A DNA stretch of 46,932 nt. It comes from an uncultured Treponema sp. GTDB lineage: Bacteria > Spirochaetota > Spirochaetia > Treponematales > Treponemataceae. This document shows positions 46,457-46,932 of the stretch, in pieces. The position numbers and the translations under genes are program-made. The stretch is from positions 1 through 46,932 of the forward strand of contig CALCEK010000246.1 of the NCBI GenBank assembly GCA_937900125.1. The letters are read 5' to 3'. Every line of letters begins with the position of its first letter. The stretch's first letter is position 1. Under the pieces are notes generated by a model, which saw only the letters and a list, made by a program, of their open reading frames with translations, made no database searches and was not told the DNA's origin.

Positions 46457-46511
46457 AAAATCTCCACTTTCCACTGCCACGCAGACTGTAAAAATGCAAA
46501 AATCAAGCCTT

Positions 46512-46540
46512 AGTATAATTGAAAAAAAGATAAATGTCAA
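46512..46540 (-). promoter_or_regulatory. Sigma70 promoter of pyrG
   Basis: Minus strand TTGACA-17-TATACT. Confidence 0.8.
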
Positions 46541-46813
46541 AATCACAAAATAACACATTCTTGGGCTGTTTACAAAGAGGCGCACGGTTGGAGGAGAGAA
46601 CGCGGGTTATGCTAACATGGGCGCGGACACACCGACATACTTTCTGTAGCACTACCGATATTTTTATTAGATTTACAAAAAAATTACAGATAAAGAAAAC
46701 AGGCGATATTAAAACAAACGTTTTTGATGGGCGCGAATTGTAAACAAAACAATTTTTGTGTTAAACAAATTGTCCCAAGTTTTACACCGCACTAAAGCAC
46801 GAAAAATGAAAAC

Positions 46814-46901
46814 TGCCGAGCACCGGAATCGAACCGGCACAGCCGTTTGAAAAGCCGAGGGATTTTAAGTCCCTTGTGTCTACCTATTCCACCAGCTCGG
46901 C
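46814..46901 (-). tRNA. tRNA-Leu (anticodon UAA), CCA not encoded
   Basis: GCCGAGC acceptor stem, TGGTGGAATAGGTAGACAC D-arm, AGGGA-CTTAAAA-TCCCT anticodon arm, long variable arm, GGTTCGATTCC T-arm. Confidence 0.97.
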
Positions 46902-46932
46902 AATTTGAGTTCTATCTCCGTGTACAGCAAGG

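Noticed and set aside
46457..46511. Bacillus-type pyrG reiterative-transcription attenuator
   Set aside because: No GGGC start and no clear leader terminator after the promoter.
46457..46585. N-terminal extension of pyrG given by the ORF track
   Set aside because: It spans the pyrG promoter; homology starts at MATKYIF (46456).
2033..46743. Numerous short antisense or overlapping ORFs (for example 5883-6371, 13986-14423, 19929-20384, 26706-27164, 30846-31385, 43073-43522)
   Set aside because: They are shadows of well-supported genes or repeats, with no motifs or translation signals.
46641..46901. Integrated element at tRNA-Leu
   Set aside because: No integrase and no duplicated tRNA 3' end seen in the window; pyrG follows directly.

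Overview
Mostly core chromosome of an AT-rich anaerobic spirochaete, most likely a gut/rumen Treponema. This is inferred from gene content and order, not from a database search. From about 1840 onward it carries: a secreted Ig-like protein and a hybrid sensor kinase, gap, a SAM methyltransferase, valS with an HD hydrolase and a TIGR01212 radical SAM gene, a GGDEF protein, a CDF exporter, an operon of two SpoIIE/PP2C proteins with a STAS protein and a D,D-carboxypeptidase, grpE-dnaK-dnaJ, citrate synthase, argS, a second J-domain protein, map, icd, sppA, murI with a Cys-rich protein divergent from a pentapeptide-repeat and MBL pair, ilvN, a DAHP synthase-prephenate dehydratase fusion, thrA, a lipoprotein, a GH27, desulfoferrodoxin, pyrG and tRNA-Leu(UAA). 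The first ~1.84 kb is a mosaic of truncated genes of differing composition plus a heptamer array and is probably chimeric. The strongest leads are: (i) a partner-switching operon pairing an intact phosphatase with a membrane-bound, apparently catalytically degenerate one; (ii) a DAHP synthase domain that has lost key catalytic residues while its fused prephenate dehydratase is intact; (iii) seven genes with a leaderless -10/N6-7/ATG architecture, including two divergent pairs; and (iv) a 23/46-bp periodic palindrome array and several dispersed palindromic repeat families. I saw no CRISPR, cas, prophage, transposase or recognisable defence system.
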